The notes under the pieces are model-generated. The model had not been told where the DNA came from, did not search any database, and was given only the letters and a program-made list of their open reading frames with translations. From IMG/VR virus record IMGVR_UViG_3300036766_000837, positions 1 to 64,000 of that record: 64,000 nucleotides of DNA. One strand, 5' to 3'. Both the position numbers and the translations under genes were made by a program. Every line of letters starts with the position of its first letter. Position 1 is the stretch's first letter. Shown here piece by piece: positions 40,001 through 49,449 of this stretch. The DNA is from a virus.

Positions 40001-40251
40001 TTTGCCACTACCGGAGGGCGTTGTATAGGAGAATAATCAGTAATCCCTAACAAATAGGCAACAGAACTATGATGATTATTTGTAAATTTCTTACCGGTTT
40101 TTATCATACGTAGTACATTCCCGGCCATTCCCAATGTTTTGATTGCAAATAATTCCTCATCAAGCCAAGATGGCTCCAATAAGGTTCTATTTGATTGTTT
40201 GATTAATTTAACTAATTCTTCGTATTCAGTCACAACTCTTAATCTCCGCAA
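37096..40251 (-). CDS. dnaE: DNA polymerase III alpha, catalytic/C-terminal part, with intein
   Basis: PPDIDIDF, HAAG, KMDILG, GIFQ, YQEQ. Confidence 0.93.
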   Translation of the reverse strand: MRRLRVVTEYEELVKLIKQSNRTLLEPSWLDEELFAIKTLGMAGNVLRMIKTGKKFTNNHHSSVAYLLGITDYSPIQRPPVVAKTTRIEPPDIDIDFEDRRRDEIKDYLINRWKNVASISTISKFSAKGMIRDLCRVFAIPLADVNAVCKHFETLEELLTTDRAAEFRRKYPEIIYLAKKFEGRWRFSSVHAAGMVIADRELNTILPLESRTSGLKKKRIPVTAYDMDDCQSIGLIKMDILGIAALSVIADTLSLIHERHKISVDLDTINLNDPEILQEFSLGHTVGIFQTEAQSYTRLLKLMGVDTFEDLVASNALVRPGPLLTATEIYIARKRGEEPPLKQHPIIEKITASTHGLFIYQEQLLRALVEVGGFTWTEADNIRKIIGKKRDEKEFKPFEEKWLANAGDKIGKLNAKKLWADFLKFAGYAFGRCSSGDTILYRPTGNQYEGREISIADLYHRLHDNTSKYKSWRKRFKNIGLTILSYDESDGRIRPNKVRNVYYQGKQSIFKIITDDGRTLKVTANHRSLTKNGWMRTDEMQIGDYLIVNNGYEETKYDLKQRWSYGDRKGRGFIDGSYIRWKQWRQQQEERCQSCGGENMRLETSHIDGNHRNNVVENWRLLCVSCHKKFDYKNHNRRKQWQKGYKPDFAKIVSIEYCGIEDTYDVEMDGPNHNFIANGIVTHNSHACCYSFLSYQTMWLKRYYPIEYIYCLMKNEKSMDKITSFVLEAQRMGIDILSPDVNLSDSSFSIEGDAIRYGLLQIKGVGDAAVKEIIKKRPFESYDDFIAKTEKRSCTQRIVKVLSQIGALDNLRGFIQEGNPKEYYYELLGHPKDFRTIDSSIFAFKLIELDSYSDNKLQLICGLVRKVEFKQTYIRVEIADKTASETFFMEPTLNQEMMKEGEIVLAICYDNNLIEYVYLDEFLDRIHEEIELTKFEKFLIGETFGDEIILYEHGIGDFESDKSLALLIHMRKFVVKKGPSMGQDMAAILLYDGKQIQKVILFPNTYSKIYHKLKVWAPMVVRLSEAKDGTIVINGDNLKTINEIKLLKGLS
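38200..38955 (-). mobile_element. Intein with HNH endonuclease in DnaE (252 aa)
   Basis: AFGR|CSSGDT...CQSC..SHIDGNHRNN..LLCVSCH...IVTHN|SHA. Confidence 0.9.
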
Positions 40252-41509
40252 ATCCAGGATTATATTCTATGTCCACATTCAAAAATCGCCAAAATAAAAG
40301 ATCATGTTTGATTGGATCAATCTTTGTAATCCCCAAAATGTATGCAAGAAGCGAGCCTCCCACGGAACCTCTTCCCGGCCCAACTAATATATTTTTAGAG
40401 TGTGCATAATGCACCATATCCCAGATGACCAATATATAATCTGAGAAATTAAGAACTCTGATGACTCCAAGTTCTTCTTCTAGCCGATTGATATATTCTG
40501 GATTATCCAAACCCATCTGGGAAAGATTATCGAAAGCCAAATCTTTGAGGTAGTCGAATGAATCAAATTTCTTAGAAAATGCGGGGAAATAATCTTTCCC
40601 GATTTCTATATTCACATTACAAGTTTCTGCTATATCAACGGTGTTGTCATAGATATCTGACCTATCTATACCTTGCTCTTTCATTCTAAATTCGAGATTC
40701 TTACGTGTCATTAAATAATTATCGATATGGTCATATCTTAATTTCCTATCTGGATGTAGATAGTTTATACGATTTAGATCATTAGAAATATTTCTAGATT
40801 CCTTAAACTTCTCCTGCAAAATTTTCTTATGTTTCTGTCCAAAACTTGAACTCTGAGCTATTATCAAACTAACCTCTTCAGCCAACTTATTTTCTTGTTC
40901 CGCATAATGAGCGTCGGTTGTAACAACCATAGGAATTTCCCCGGCAATCTCTATAAGTCCTTTATTGAGTTCGGGATCGTTCCAGGGTTGCAGTTCAACA
41001 AAATATCTATCCCCAAAGATATCTTTATATATCTCATTTCGCCTTACGGCCTCACTTTTATTTCCATCCAAGATAGCCTGAGCCACAAATCCATTCATAC
41101 AAGCGGATAGGCAAACAATTCCCTCATTATAATCATTCAATACGGATGGGTCTATCCTCGGTCTCCTATAGAATCCTTGATTCCAGCCTATATCACTCAT
41201 CACATAAAGATTTTTAAGTCCGATCTGGTTTTGAGCTAAAAGAACAACATGAAAATTTTGACTAGTCTTTTCCTTCTGGTTTATATCTTCACAGATATAT
41301 GCCTCAATACCGATTATTGGTTTGATACCTTTATCTTTCGCATAATTATGAAACTGTAATGTTGCGGAAAGAGTTCCATGGTCCGTAATCGCTATGGCAG
41401 AATGATTGATGGAGACCGCTCTATCTACGGCCTCCTGCGGGGTTGAGAAGCCATCAAGGAGACTTCCCATTGTATGTACATGTAGGTGGCAAAAATCATC
41501 TTTTACCAA
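40226..41509 (-). CDS. dnaE: DNA polymerase III alpha, N-terminal PHP part
   Basis: HLHVH..SLLDG..AITDHG..GRGSVGGSLLAYILGIT..RFLN. Confidence 0.93.
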   Translation of the reverse strand: MVKDDFCHLHVHTMGSLLDGFSTPQEAVDRAVSINHSAIAITDHGTLSATLQFHNYAKDKGIKPIIGIEAYICEDINQKEKTSQNFHVVLLAQNQIGLKNLYVMSDIGWNQGFYRRPRIDPSVLNDYNEGIVCLSACMNGFVAQAILDGNKSEAVRRNEIYKDIFGDRYFVELQPWNDPELNKGLIEIAGEIPMVVTTDAHYAEQENKLAEEVSLIIAQSSSFGQKHKKILQEKFKESRNISNDLNRINYLHPDRKLRYDHIDNYLMTRKNLEFRMKEQGIDRSDIYDNTVDIAETCNVNIEIGKDYFPAFSKKFDSFDYLKDLAFDNLSQMGLDNPEYINRLEEELGVIRVLNFSDYILVIWDMVHYAHSKNILVGPGRGSVGGSLLAYILGITKIDPIKHDLLFWRFLNVDIEYNPGFAEIKSCD

Positions 41510-41922
41510 TAGTGTACCCCTGCTTCATTGAATAATTCTCTATATGCTTCGTCAGGATAATCCCCTCTCCAATGCACATATTTGGCGCCTACCTGTACTA
41601 TGGCTCTAGCACAATCCTTACAGGGGCTACAGGTAATATATAGGTCACTCCCTCTAAGGCAAATCCCATTAAGGGCGGCATTAAAGATTGCATTTAATTC
41701 TGCATGAACCGCCCTGCAAACTTCACTACGTTCTCCCGGTTTCCGACCATCACACTTATCGCAATGCTTCGTCTTTCTTGGAGCCCCATTATAACCTAAA
41801 GATAGAACGGAATGTGTATCTCCAGCGACGAACACAGCCCCCACCATTTTAACCGGACAAGTTGCCTTCGCCGCAACCTTCTCTGCAATATCTAAAAAAT
41901 ATTCGTCCCAACTTATAGACAA
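41503..41922 (-). CDS. dCMP deaminase
   Basis: GYNG..HAELNA..SPCKDC. Confidence 0.92.
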   Translation of the reverse strand: MSISWDEYFLDIAEKVAAKATCPVKMVGAVFVAGDTHSVLSLGYNGAPRKTKHCDKCDGRKPGERSEVCRAVHAELNAIFNAALNGICLRGSDLYITCSPCKDCARAIVQVGAKYVHWRGDYPDEAYRELFNEAGVHYW

Positions 41923-42190
41923 TCTAACCTCTTAAGGTAGTTGAGATAATCTTCATTGTTCTTGCTTTTTACCGCAGACTCCAACCTTTTAAGGCGTATA
42001 TAGAGCATGGTGGCATATGCAGCCACATCTTGAAGTTCTTCATAGGCAGATTGGAACAAAACATCCAAATCCAACCCTTCAAAGACTTGCTTTTTTCCCA
42101 AAGAATACTGGGCATTCCCCGTTCCAACAACCCTATCTATCGCCTCAGATATAAATTTAGAGGTTTCCTCTGCCAATTCTTCAGATGTCA

Positions 42191-42796
42191 TTATTTTCCT
42201 TTCATATACTCTTCAGTATGCATGTCTTGTATCGCCCCATCTGCTTCTTCCAAATTATCGACAAAGGTGAGCAAGGGATTCGTTACTCTATCTTCGAAAT
42301 CGATATTCCATGGGCGTCTTACAACAAAAGACCTGATGCCGAATGCTGCACATTTATTGGCCTCATAGAATCTATCTTCAAACATTATCGGAATATCATT
42401 ATTCTTTAGATAGATAACCTTATGCATCGGTTTTTCAAAAGAAAAAGATGTATATGGAATTTTATATCTTCTAAGCCAACCTAATGTCACCATTCCGCAT
42501 TGATTCTTATCGCGCCCCGTTACTATATAGATTTCATGCCCTTGCTCACCCCATCGACGTATTTGCTCTACATTTTCAGGATACGAAGAAGCTTTAGCCC
42601 AAAACCATTCATCTTTAAACAGAATCCTATAAATCCATTTATCAGGTATTTGGGTGTACTCAGAAAGACCCATATCTTCTCCAAAAGTAAATTTATCTTC
42701 AGATATGTCAAGATCAAAATCGGTCTTAACACGCCTTCTTACTTCAGAGATGATATTACAAAGAATTCCGTCCAAGTCACAACCAATCGCCACCAT
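42191..42796 (-). CDS. HAD-family 5'(3')-nucleotidase-like protein
   Basis: CDLDGIL..IYIVTGR..MFEDR..PWN. Confidence 0.8.
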   Translation of the reverse strand: MVAIGCDLDGILCNIISEVRRRVKTDFDLDISEDKFTFGEDMGLSEYTQIPDKWIYRILFKDEWFWAKASSYPENVEQIRRWGEQGHEIYIVTGRDKNQCGMVTLGWLRRYKIPYTSFSFEKPMHKVIYLKNNDIPIMFEDRFYEANKCAAFGIRSFVVRRPWNIDFEDRVTNPLLTFVDNLEEADGAIQDMHTEEYMKGK

Positions 42797-42801
42797 CTAT
42801 T

Positions 42802-43422
42802 TTACCAACCAGCCTCAGGTGAATCTTCAACAAGAGCAACCTGCTCTTCATAGGCGAGATTCTTATACACATCTGCAAAATCAATCAATTCTAGCGAAAG
42901 TTCTGCTTTCGTAACGGCAGAAACTTCGCGTGGCAGAAGGGTATAAGATGTCTTGAGTCCTTCACCATTTCTTTTGAGTCGATAATCCCTATCGCAAAGA
43001 GTTCCATATTCCTTAGCAAATTCTACAAGGGTAGGAGTTAGACCCTTATTTCCAATCCCCGTAGAGAGGATTTTGACCTTCGATTCCTCACCCTTATTGC
43101 CACGAATCAAAACATTTATCAATAGACGACCACGAGGACGCCATTTCTTTTCGACAGAAGCCTTCTCACAACCCAAACAACGTCCCTCATCTTCCCTAGA
43201 ACAAAGAAAACTCTGAGAGAAATCTTCAGGGTTGAGATGTTCAAAAATTCCTACAGCCGTTCCATGTTTCTCATCATAATTTTTGTCGCCAGTGTCCAAT
43301 TCCTGTAAGAATCTGATTGTTACTGAGTCTCCGTCTGCAATCTTTAGAAATCTTGATTCTCCAGAACCAAACCTTTTTGCGGCCTCCTCTATATTCGTTA
43401 TTCCTGACAGTACCGATTTCAT
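42802..43422 (-). CDS. Single-stranded DNA-binding protein (gp32-like)
   Basis: FLKIADGDSVTIRFL..C..CLGC..LKRNGEG.KTSY; next to primase. Confidence 0.7.
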   Translation of the reverse strand: MKSVLSGITNIEEAAKRFGSGESRFLKIADGDSVTIRFLQELDTGDKNYDEKHGTAVGIFEHLNPEDFSQSFLCSREDEGRCLGCEKASVEKKWRPRGRLLINVLIRGNKGEESKVKILSTGIGNKGLTPTLVEFAKEYGTLCDRDYRLKRNGEGLKTSYTLLPREVSAVTKAELSLELIDFADVYKNLAYEEQVALVEDSPEAGW

Positions 43423-43427
43423 TTATC

Positions 43428-44396
43428 TTATCCTCCAATTCCTATCTCTAGTATTTTCTTCTCCAATAATGTCACTTTATTCTCTATAACTTCGGCTATT
43501 TGTCCATCTCCCATCTCTCCTGGGTCTTTTATCCTTTCAGGATACTTCACATAAAAAATCCTCTTTCCCGCGCTCCGCATCACCCTTTCTATCTTCTTGG
43601 CAAAAGCCCTTCCCGCTTCATCGTTGTCAGTAAAAATTATAACAGACTGGAAGTGTCTGAGCAACTTCTGGGACTGTTGTTTGGTGAATCCTCCGCCCAA
43701 TATGGCAATCACATTGGGAAATCCAGCCTGGTATACCTTCATTGCGTCTAACGGACCTTCTACAACTATAACCTCGTCATATTTTTTTGCATTATCCAGA
43801 TTAAACAATATGAATTTTTTAGGAAGGCCCTTATCCCAATATTTCTTGGTCTGTTCTGGCTTAGTAGCCCTTCCAGTAAATCCAACGAATTGTCCAAACT
43901 CGTCTCTAACAGGAATAGTTATCCTTTCCTGTTTTCTAGAATAACCAATTTCAAATATTTCTAAGGTGTTCTTTCGAAATCCCCTTTCATATAAACAGTC
44001 AAATATGGGGTCATCATAACTTAATTTCATATTATCTATTAGAGCTTCATCCCATATTTCATATGCCTCTTTCTTCGCAGTCGATAATAATTTTTCAATA
44101 TTATCTATTGTTCCGGTTTTAAATTTTATAAGATATCGAATCGCTTCAAGGATTGTCATTCCATCGATTTTTTGAACCAAAGTTATAAGGGTTCCTGATT
44201 TATCGCATCGGGGATTCCAACACCGCCAAGCATAAGGGCTTTCCTTAGCCATATTAAATGCGGGAGTATCTCTATTTTGATGAAAGGGACAATATCCAAT
44301 AAGGTCTTGAGAAGATTCACTTAGAATCTCAATCCCAAGTTCATCAAGAATCTGTATTAGATTCTCTCTCGATATTTTCCCAATGATTTTCTCCAC
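43428..44396 (-). CDS. dnaG: DNA primase
   Basis: CPFH zinc finger; TOPRIM VVEGPLD..FTDNDEAG. Confidence 0.93.
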   Translation of the reverse strand: MEKIIGKISRENLIQILDELGIEILSESSQDLIGYCPFHQNRDTPAFNMAKESPYAWRCWNPRCDKSGTLITLVQKIDGMTILEAIRYLIKFKTGTIDNIEKLLSTAKKEAYEIWDEALIDNMKLSYDDPIFDCLYERGFRKNTLEIFEIGYSRKQERITIPVRDEFGQFVGFTGRATKPEQTKKYWDKGLPKKFILFNLDNAKKYDEVIVVEGPLDAMKVYQAGFPNVIAILGGGFTKQQSQKLLRHFQSVIIFTDNDEAGRAFAKKIERVMRSAGKRIFYVKYPERIKDPGEMGDGQIAEVIENKVTLLEKKILEIGIGG

Positions 44397-44684
44397 TATA
44401 TGGCTCCTTATAGATAGGATGACTTCCTAAAAGCCCTAATATTATTTTAGATTTCTTTTTTCCCACGAAAGAACCGTACATTATTACAGCAAATTTAAAA
44501 ATAACCTTTTCTGGAACATATTCCCAATATAGGTCTGGAGTTATATCTAGACTGGGGACATATCCTTGACCACGCATCTCATCTTCTAAATGTCCTTCAA
44601 TTTGTTGTCGCAAACGCAAGATTGTCTCTTGATCTGTTGCTTCTCCTTCAGCCGCAAAAGATTTTATTTTCCGATTAAAGTAAT

Positions 44685-46940
44685 TCATTCTTCCCAATCT
44701 TGGACGGTAACTATACCTTGGTCAAAATCCCAATATAATTTGAAGGCGAAATACGGACCTCTGCGATTTTTCTTACATTCAACGGTTTGTATCTGACCTT
44801 CTTTCCTGACCGATAATGCTAAGTCTGAATCATAGGCAATAGCTTTGGACCATGCAACTTCATGTAATTCCGCAACTCGTTCGTTATGCCCCTCCTGCAT
44901 CGTTACAGAGACAATATCTATTATGGGGATACCATATCTTCCAGCGATTTTCTTGAAATCTCTCGATAAATTCTTATGTTTCTCTGTTTCTGTTTTGCCC
45001 CTTCTTGCATCATCTACCAAACTGTGATAATCGATAAACACGATATCAGGATTATATTGCTCAATTTTTGATTGAATGGTAAACTGATTCACTTCATCTA
45101 TAGAGTCATTGGTGGCAAGATAGAAGGGGTGTTTATTTTTAAATTGTGTATCCGTCCAGTTCTCATAAATATCTACATCGATTCCCCTAGCATTCATTAA
45201 AGATGTGTTGGAGAATTTCCCCGCGCCCATCAAGGTATCTGCCCTATATCCATATTGCTTATCATCAAGTTCTAGCGAAAAAACCAAAGGAACAAATCCT
45301 CTCAGCCATGCTTGCACCGCAAAGAAAATCGCAAGCCAAGTATTATGAGTGGGAATATAATTGTCTATTATAAATAAATGGTCATCGGTGTCTACTAATA
45401 GACAGGCCATTTCACAATCCTCTTCGGGAACCTTTTCTATTGATTCAATTGCCCTAAACCAACCATAAGAATCTTTATGTTTATGATACTTAAATGGTAT
45501 AGTAAATGGATTAAATGGGGTCCAAATAACTACTTTAAATCCACAATGTTTTTTCCAATCATGTCTCTTGGCGATACCCCCCAATGAGCGAACAAGTTCA
45601 ACAACATTATCGGCTAATTGTTGACTATATGTAGAATAACTTGCCTTTTGGTTCTTGGCTGGCTGTCCACCTGTATCCATTAAACCATAAAGCAATTCTA
45701 GACGCGCCTCAATATGGGCAATAAGATATTGGGAGGGAATAAATTTCTCCCGACTTCTTTTCCCCCTCAAGCCCAATGATTCAAGGTCATTCCTCATATC
45801 TACCCTAAAACATGAGCGGCCTGCGGTCATATTACCATGTTTTGGCTTGAAATAAATTTGTCGTTGAGGATTATTCTTACGGACCTTTTCATGAATAAAT
45901 AATTGATTTGAAGTAAGAGATGTTTGATCTCCAAGATGTCCGTTACCTAAAAGAGTGCCTAATGTATAAGAGTCTATTGGCAAGTCCACTTTATTATATT
46001 CAACAGCCTCTATATAGGGCAAATAATATTTATATCCAGCCTCATGGCTTTCTCGTTCTTTATACCGAAGGCCAGAATCTACCATCTGTTTCGTTGTAAG
46101 AGTTGTAAATGACTCGGACTTTCCTGCCAATCTACGTTGACGTTGTTTAGCCGTTTCAATGGTCCATAAATGTTGTTCATCACAAATAATATTAGAACCA
46201 TCACTAAAATTAATCTGATAGGCGGGGCGTATTCCTTGAGGAAATATACCTAGAACTTTCGTTGGCTTTCCATTTCGGCCAATAACATAATCTCCCACCT
46301 TCAATTCATCCATTCGACACCAACCATTAGGCGTAGGCAATAATGTCTTTACAGGAATACTTTTCGCCGATTCTGTCCAACCCATAATCGAAATAAAATC
46401 GCCCTCTTGCCAACCACCAAAGATATAGTCTATGGCGGGAATGGAGGAGGGTATTCCCAATATTTCCTTCCCTTCTTTGGTTTTTTCTATACGCTCTTTC
46501 AGCGAATTAACCCTAATGCCAACATCAGCCGCTAAATCGACATCTTTAGTCGATTGTGTTTCATGGACAATGGTTGAGAGTTTAGAAAAAGCATATAAAA
46601 GAGCATCTCTAGGTTCCTCATTCTTTAACATGCCAGCGGTGTCAATGATTATATCTTCCGCAAGTTCTTTTATATGTTCAGATTGAATCTCATCAATCAG
46701 ATATTCCAAACTGACATCTTCAACAGATTCGGGTTCAAATTCTTGAAATTTCTGTTTAATGATAGAAAGTGTGGGAACTTGTTTAAACCTACTGTTGTAT
46801 CCAACAATATATTCCCACAAATCTGGATACATCTTGATACATAAACCAGCATTGGCGTTTAAAGCCTTATATATCTCCTTAGTTTCTAAGATTTTCGATA
46901 TTAAAGCTACTTCAAGATTTTCCAATTTCTTTTTCCTCAA
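44685..46940 (-). CDS. dnaB: DnaB-like replicative helicase with intein
   Basis: Walker A GWTESAK|T, FSLE, IDY, YDSD, KNR. Confidence 0.9.
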   Translation of the reverse strand: MRKKKLENLEVALISKILETKEIYKALNANAGLCIKMYPDLWEYIVGYNSRFKQVPTLSIIKQKFQEFEPESVEDVSLEYLIDEIQSEHIKELAEDIIIDTAGMLKNEEPRDALLYAFSKLSTIVHETQSTKDVDLAADVGIRVNSLKERIEKTKEGKEILGIPSSIPAIDYIFGGWQEGDFISIMGWTESAKSIPVKTLLPTPNGWCRMDELKVGDYVIGRNGKPTKVLGIFPQGIRPAYQINFSDGSNIICDEQHLWTIETAKQRQRRLAGKSESFTTLTTKQMVDSGLRYKERESHEAGYKYYLPYIEAVEYNKVDLPIDSYTLGTLLGNGHLGDQTSLTSNQLFIHEKVRKNNPQRQIYFKPKHGNMTAGRSCFRVDMRNDLESLGLRGKRSREKFIPSQYLIAHIEARLELLYGLMDTGGQPAKNQKASYSTYSQQLADNVVELVRSLGGIAKRHDWKKHCGFKVVIWTPFNPFTIPFKYHKHKDSYGWFRAIESIEKVPEEDCEMACLLVDTDDHLFIIDNYIPTHNTWLAIFFAVQAWLRGFVPLVFSLELDDKQYGYRADTLMGAGKFSNTSLMNARGIDVDIYENWTDTQFKNKHPFYLATNDSIDEVNQFTIQSKIEQYNPDIVFIDYHSLVDDARRGKTETEKHKNLSRDFKKIAGRYGIPIIDIVSVTMQEGHNERVAELHEVAWSKAIAYDSDLALSVRKEGQIQTVECKKNRRGPYFAFKLYWDFDQGIVTVQDWEE
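45342..46361 (-). mobile_element. LAGLIDADG intein in DnaB (340 aa, Ser1)
   Basis: SIPVKTLLPTPNGW...LLYGLMDTGG...YIPTHN|T. Confidence 0.9.
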
Positions 46941-47992
46941 TCCTATTTATTAAATCTTTAGTAGATTTTAAAGTTTCTTGAAGTTTCCTTTCCTCCTCTT
47001 CAACTTTTTTAGCAGCACTAAGAAATTCATCTATCCCACTTAGAAATTTATAGAAATTAATTCCATTATATTTGAAGAAGTAATCCATCGCCGCGAAAAT
47101 CTCACCCATAGTATAATATGGAGCAACTTTCTCGGCTGAAACAATCATTCCATAATTCGGGCGAAATTCTGTTTCATATTTTTCCTGATATAGCTCCATA
47201 AATCCTTCAATTATTTTATGGCCATTCTTAGGTGGCCTACCTGTTCGTTTCGGCATCACTTTCTCGATTCTATTTTGTTTCCCCCAAAATCATACTAGCC
47301 TTCTCCACCTGAGAATCTAATTCGTTTTCAACGATACCCCAAGCGCGAGACCATCCCTCTTCATGAGTTTCAGTCTCCCTCCTCGTTATTGTAACCCCAG
47401 CAAAAAAATCCATAGATTGATAATTCCCAAGATTCTTTTTAAATGTCAGAGAGGCACTTATTTTATCTCCAGGGTCCGTTAAATCTATCTCATTTTTCTT
47501 CATTATAATGCCCCTATACTATTCCTAATCTTATTTACCCTAGATTCAAGGGTTTGAAGTTTATTTACTAAATCATTTGATGCAGATAGGCATCCCTGGT
47601 ATGAAGGGGCACAATCTACATTACTCGCATTCTTTTCTTTTGCATTGTCTATAAACAAATAATCCGTCGTAGATAGTAAAGTATCTATCATCTCATGAGC
47701 CTGATTTAATAAACTAAGAATCGTTTCTGTCTTATTTGTCATCGGTTCACATTCTGTCATTTCACCGTATGCCATCATTACCCCTTTCTATACGAGTCTC
47801 CCCGAATAATCTATCTTAAGAGCATCTAATATTTTTAGATATCTTTTTGTCTGAAAATAAAATCTCTTCCCACAATGTATACAAAAAAATTCAGTATAAG
47901 GACGGTTTCGATCAAGCGATCTTTCCGCCTCAACAACAAATCCTCCGCATTTTTTGCATTTAATTAAACTCATATCTGATCATACTACCGCC

Positions 47993-48175
47993 TTATTTAG
48001 AGTTAGCCCATTGAATGGCTATGTTAAGCAAAAATGTTCCAGCCGTTGTTAACCCTGTAAAGAATGCTGCTTGAACGGCATTTACATCACCAAATCCAGT
48101 TACCAAAAGAGCAGAAGCTACGGCCATAACGAATGTTTTAGCTGTCCGAATTCCTATATCTTTCCAATCAAACAT
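47993..48175 (-). CDS. r1t-like holin
   Basis: WKD..IRTAKTF followed by two hydrophobic segments. Confidence 0.7.
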   Translation of the reverse strand: MFDWKDIGIRTAKTFVMAVASALLVTGFGDVNAVQAAFFTGLTTAGTFLLNIAIQWANSK

Positions 48176-48187
48176 TTATTTCACCTC

Positions 48188-49309
48188 CTATCCAAAAATT
48201 TTACCATAATGTGGGGTGCTTTCCAAATATCCTGAGAGAGACACCTCAACAAATTGGGCTTTTTCCCAAAGCTCTTTGAGATTTCTGGCACCAAGATACG
48301 AAAAACCACTATATATACCGTCCCTCAAAGACTTAATCACTTCTTTATGGTTATATGTTACAGGAATCTCAAATTCGTCTCCCTCGACAATGAACTGTTG
48401 CCCCCTCTTATGGCTTGATAATGCTGCCTCAGAAGCCATACCGCGATATCGCTTAACCATGATATTTTTGGGAAGGTCTCCTTTGATACCAAACATCTCC
48501 GCGAGAGGAGATGCCTCATTTAACAATTTATAGTATTTCTTTCCTGCCGAAATATCAAATGATGCGAATAATCCTCCAATCATAACCGCTGAAGCTCCTG
48601 CGGCCAAAGCTTTAACTATATCGCCACTATTTTTAATTCCTCCATCAGATATTATTGGGATTTCTTTCCCAGATTCATCAACAACAATCCTTGCTGAATC
48701 TATTGCCGTAATTTGAGGAATTCCAACCCCCGCAACAATTCTTGTAGTGCAAACAGAGCCGGAACCAATCCCAACACGAAGAGCATCAACGCCTGCACTT
48801 ATAGAGGCAGAAGCGGCATCCGGTGTTGCTATATTTCCCGAAACAAGAGGAATTAATGGAAATTCATTTTTTATTTTTTCTATCCTTTCAAGGGCTTGTT
48901 TTGAATGTCCATGAGCAACATCCAAAACAAGGAAATCCGCTCCTGCCTCTATAAGTGCTTGCGTCCGTTCCCAACCATCACCATTTATTCCAATAGCGGC
49001 TCCGACGCGAGCCCGAAACTCCTTAATCCATTTGACGTGAGAAAATTGCTCATTAACCGTATTATATCTATGAATTATCCCGATTCCCCCAGATTCCCAC
49101 ATAAAGATTGCCATATTCCCCTCTGTAACAGTATCCATAGGAGAAGACATTATTGGCAAATCTAAACTTACTCCGCAAACATTTGAACCAATCTTTGGTT
49201 CCATTCTGTTTTCTAACTCAGAATATTTAGGAACCAAAAAAACATCATCGAAGGAATATCCCTTAAGTGGTGTTTGCATTTGGGGTATCAATCTCCGATA
49301 TAAGTTCAA
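48188..49309 (-). CDS. IMPDH/GMP reductase family enzyme lacking CBS domains (GMPR-like)
   Basis: SFDDV..SSPMDTV..DVAHG..GIGSGSVCTTR..DGGI..RGMAS. Confidence 0.88.
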   Translation of the reverse strand: MNLYRRLIPQMQTPLKGYSFDDVFLVPKYSELENRMEPKIGSNVCGVSLDLPIMSSPMDTVTEGNMAIFMWESGGIGIIHRYNTVNEQFSHVKWIKEFRARVGAAIGINGDGWERTQALIEAGADFLVLDVAHGHSKQALERIEKIKNEFPLIPLVSGNIATPDAASASISAGVDALRVGIGSGSVCTTRIVAGVGIPQITAIDSARIVVDESGKEIPIISDGGIKNSGDIVKALAAGASAVMIGGLFASFDISAGKKYYKLLNEASPLAEMFGIKGDLPKNIMVKRYRGMASEAALSSHKRGQQFIVEGDEFEIPVTYNHKEVIKSLRDGIYSGFSYLGARNLKELWEKAQFVEVSLSGYLESTPHYGKIFG

Positions 49310-49449
49310 ATACAGCCTTTATGACCTCTCGCCTAATTATCTTCATTCCATAATATTTACCAATATAAAATGCTATTACACCAACAAGTATCCAACTCAA
49401 AACAATAACCGATACAATAGTTATTTCTGCCATATTTTATAATCCTTTC

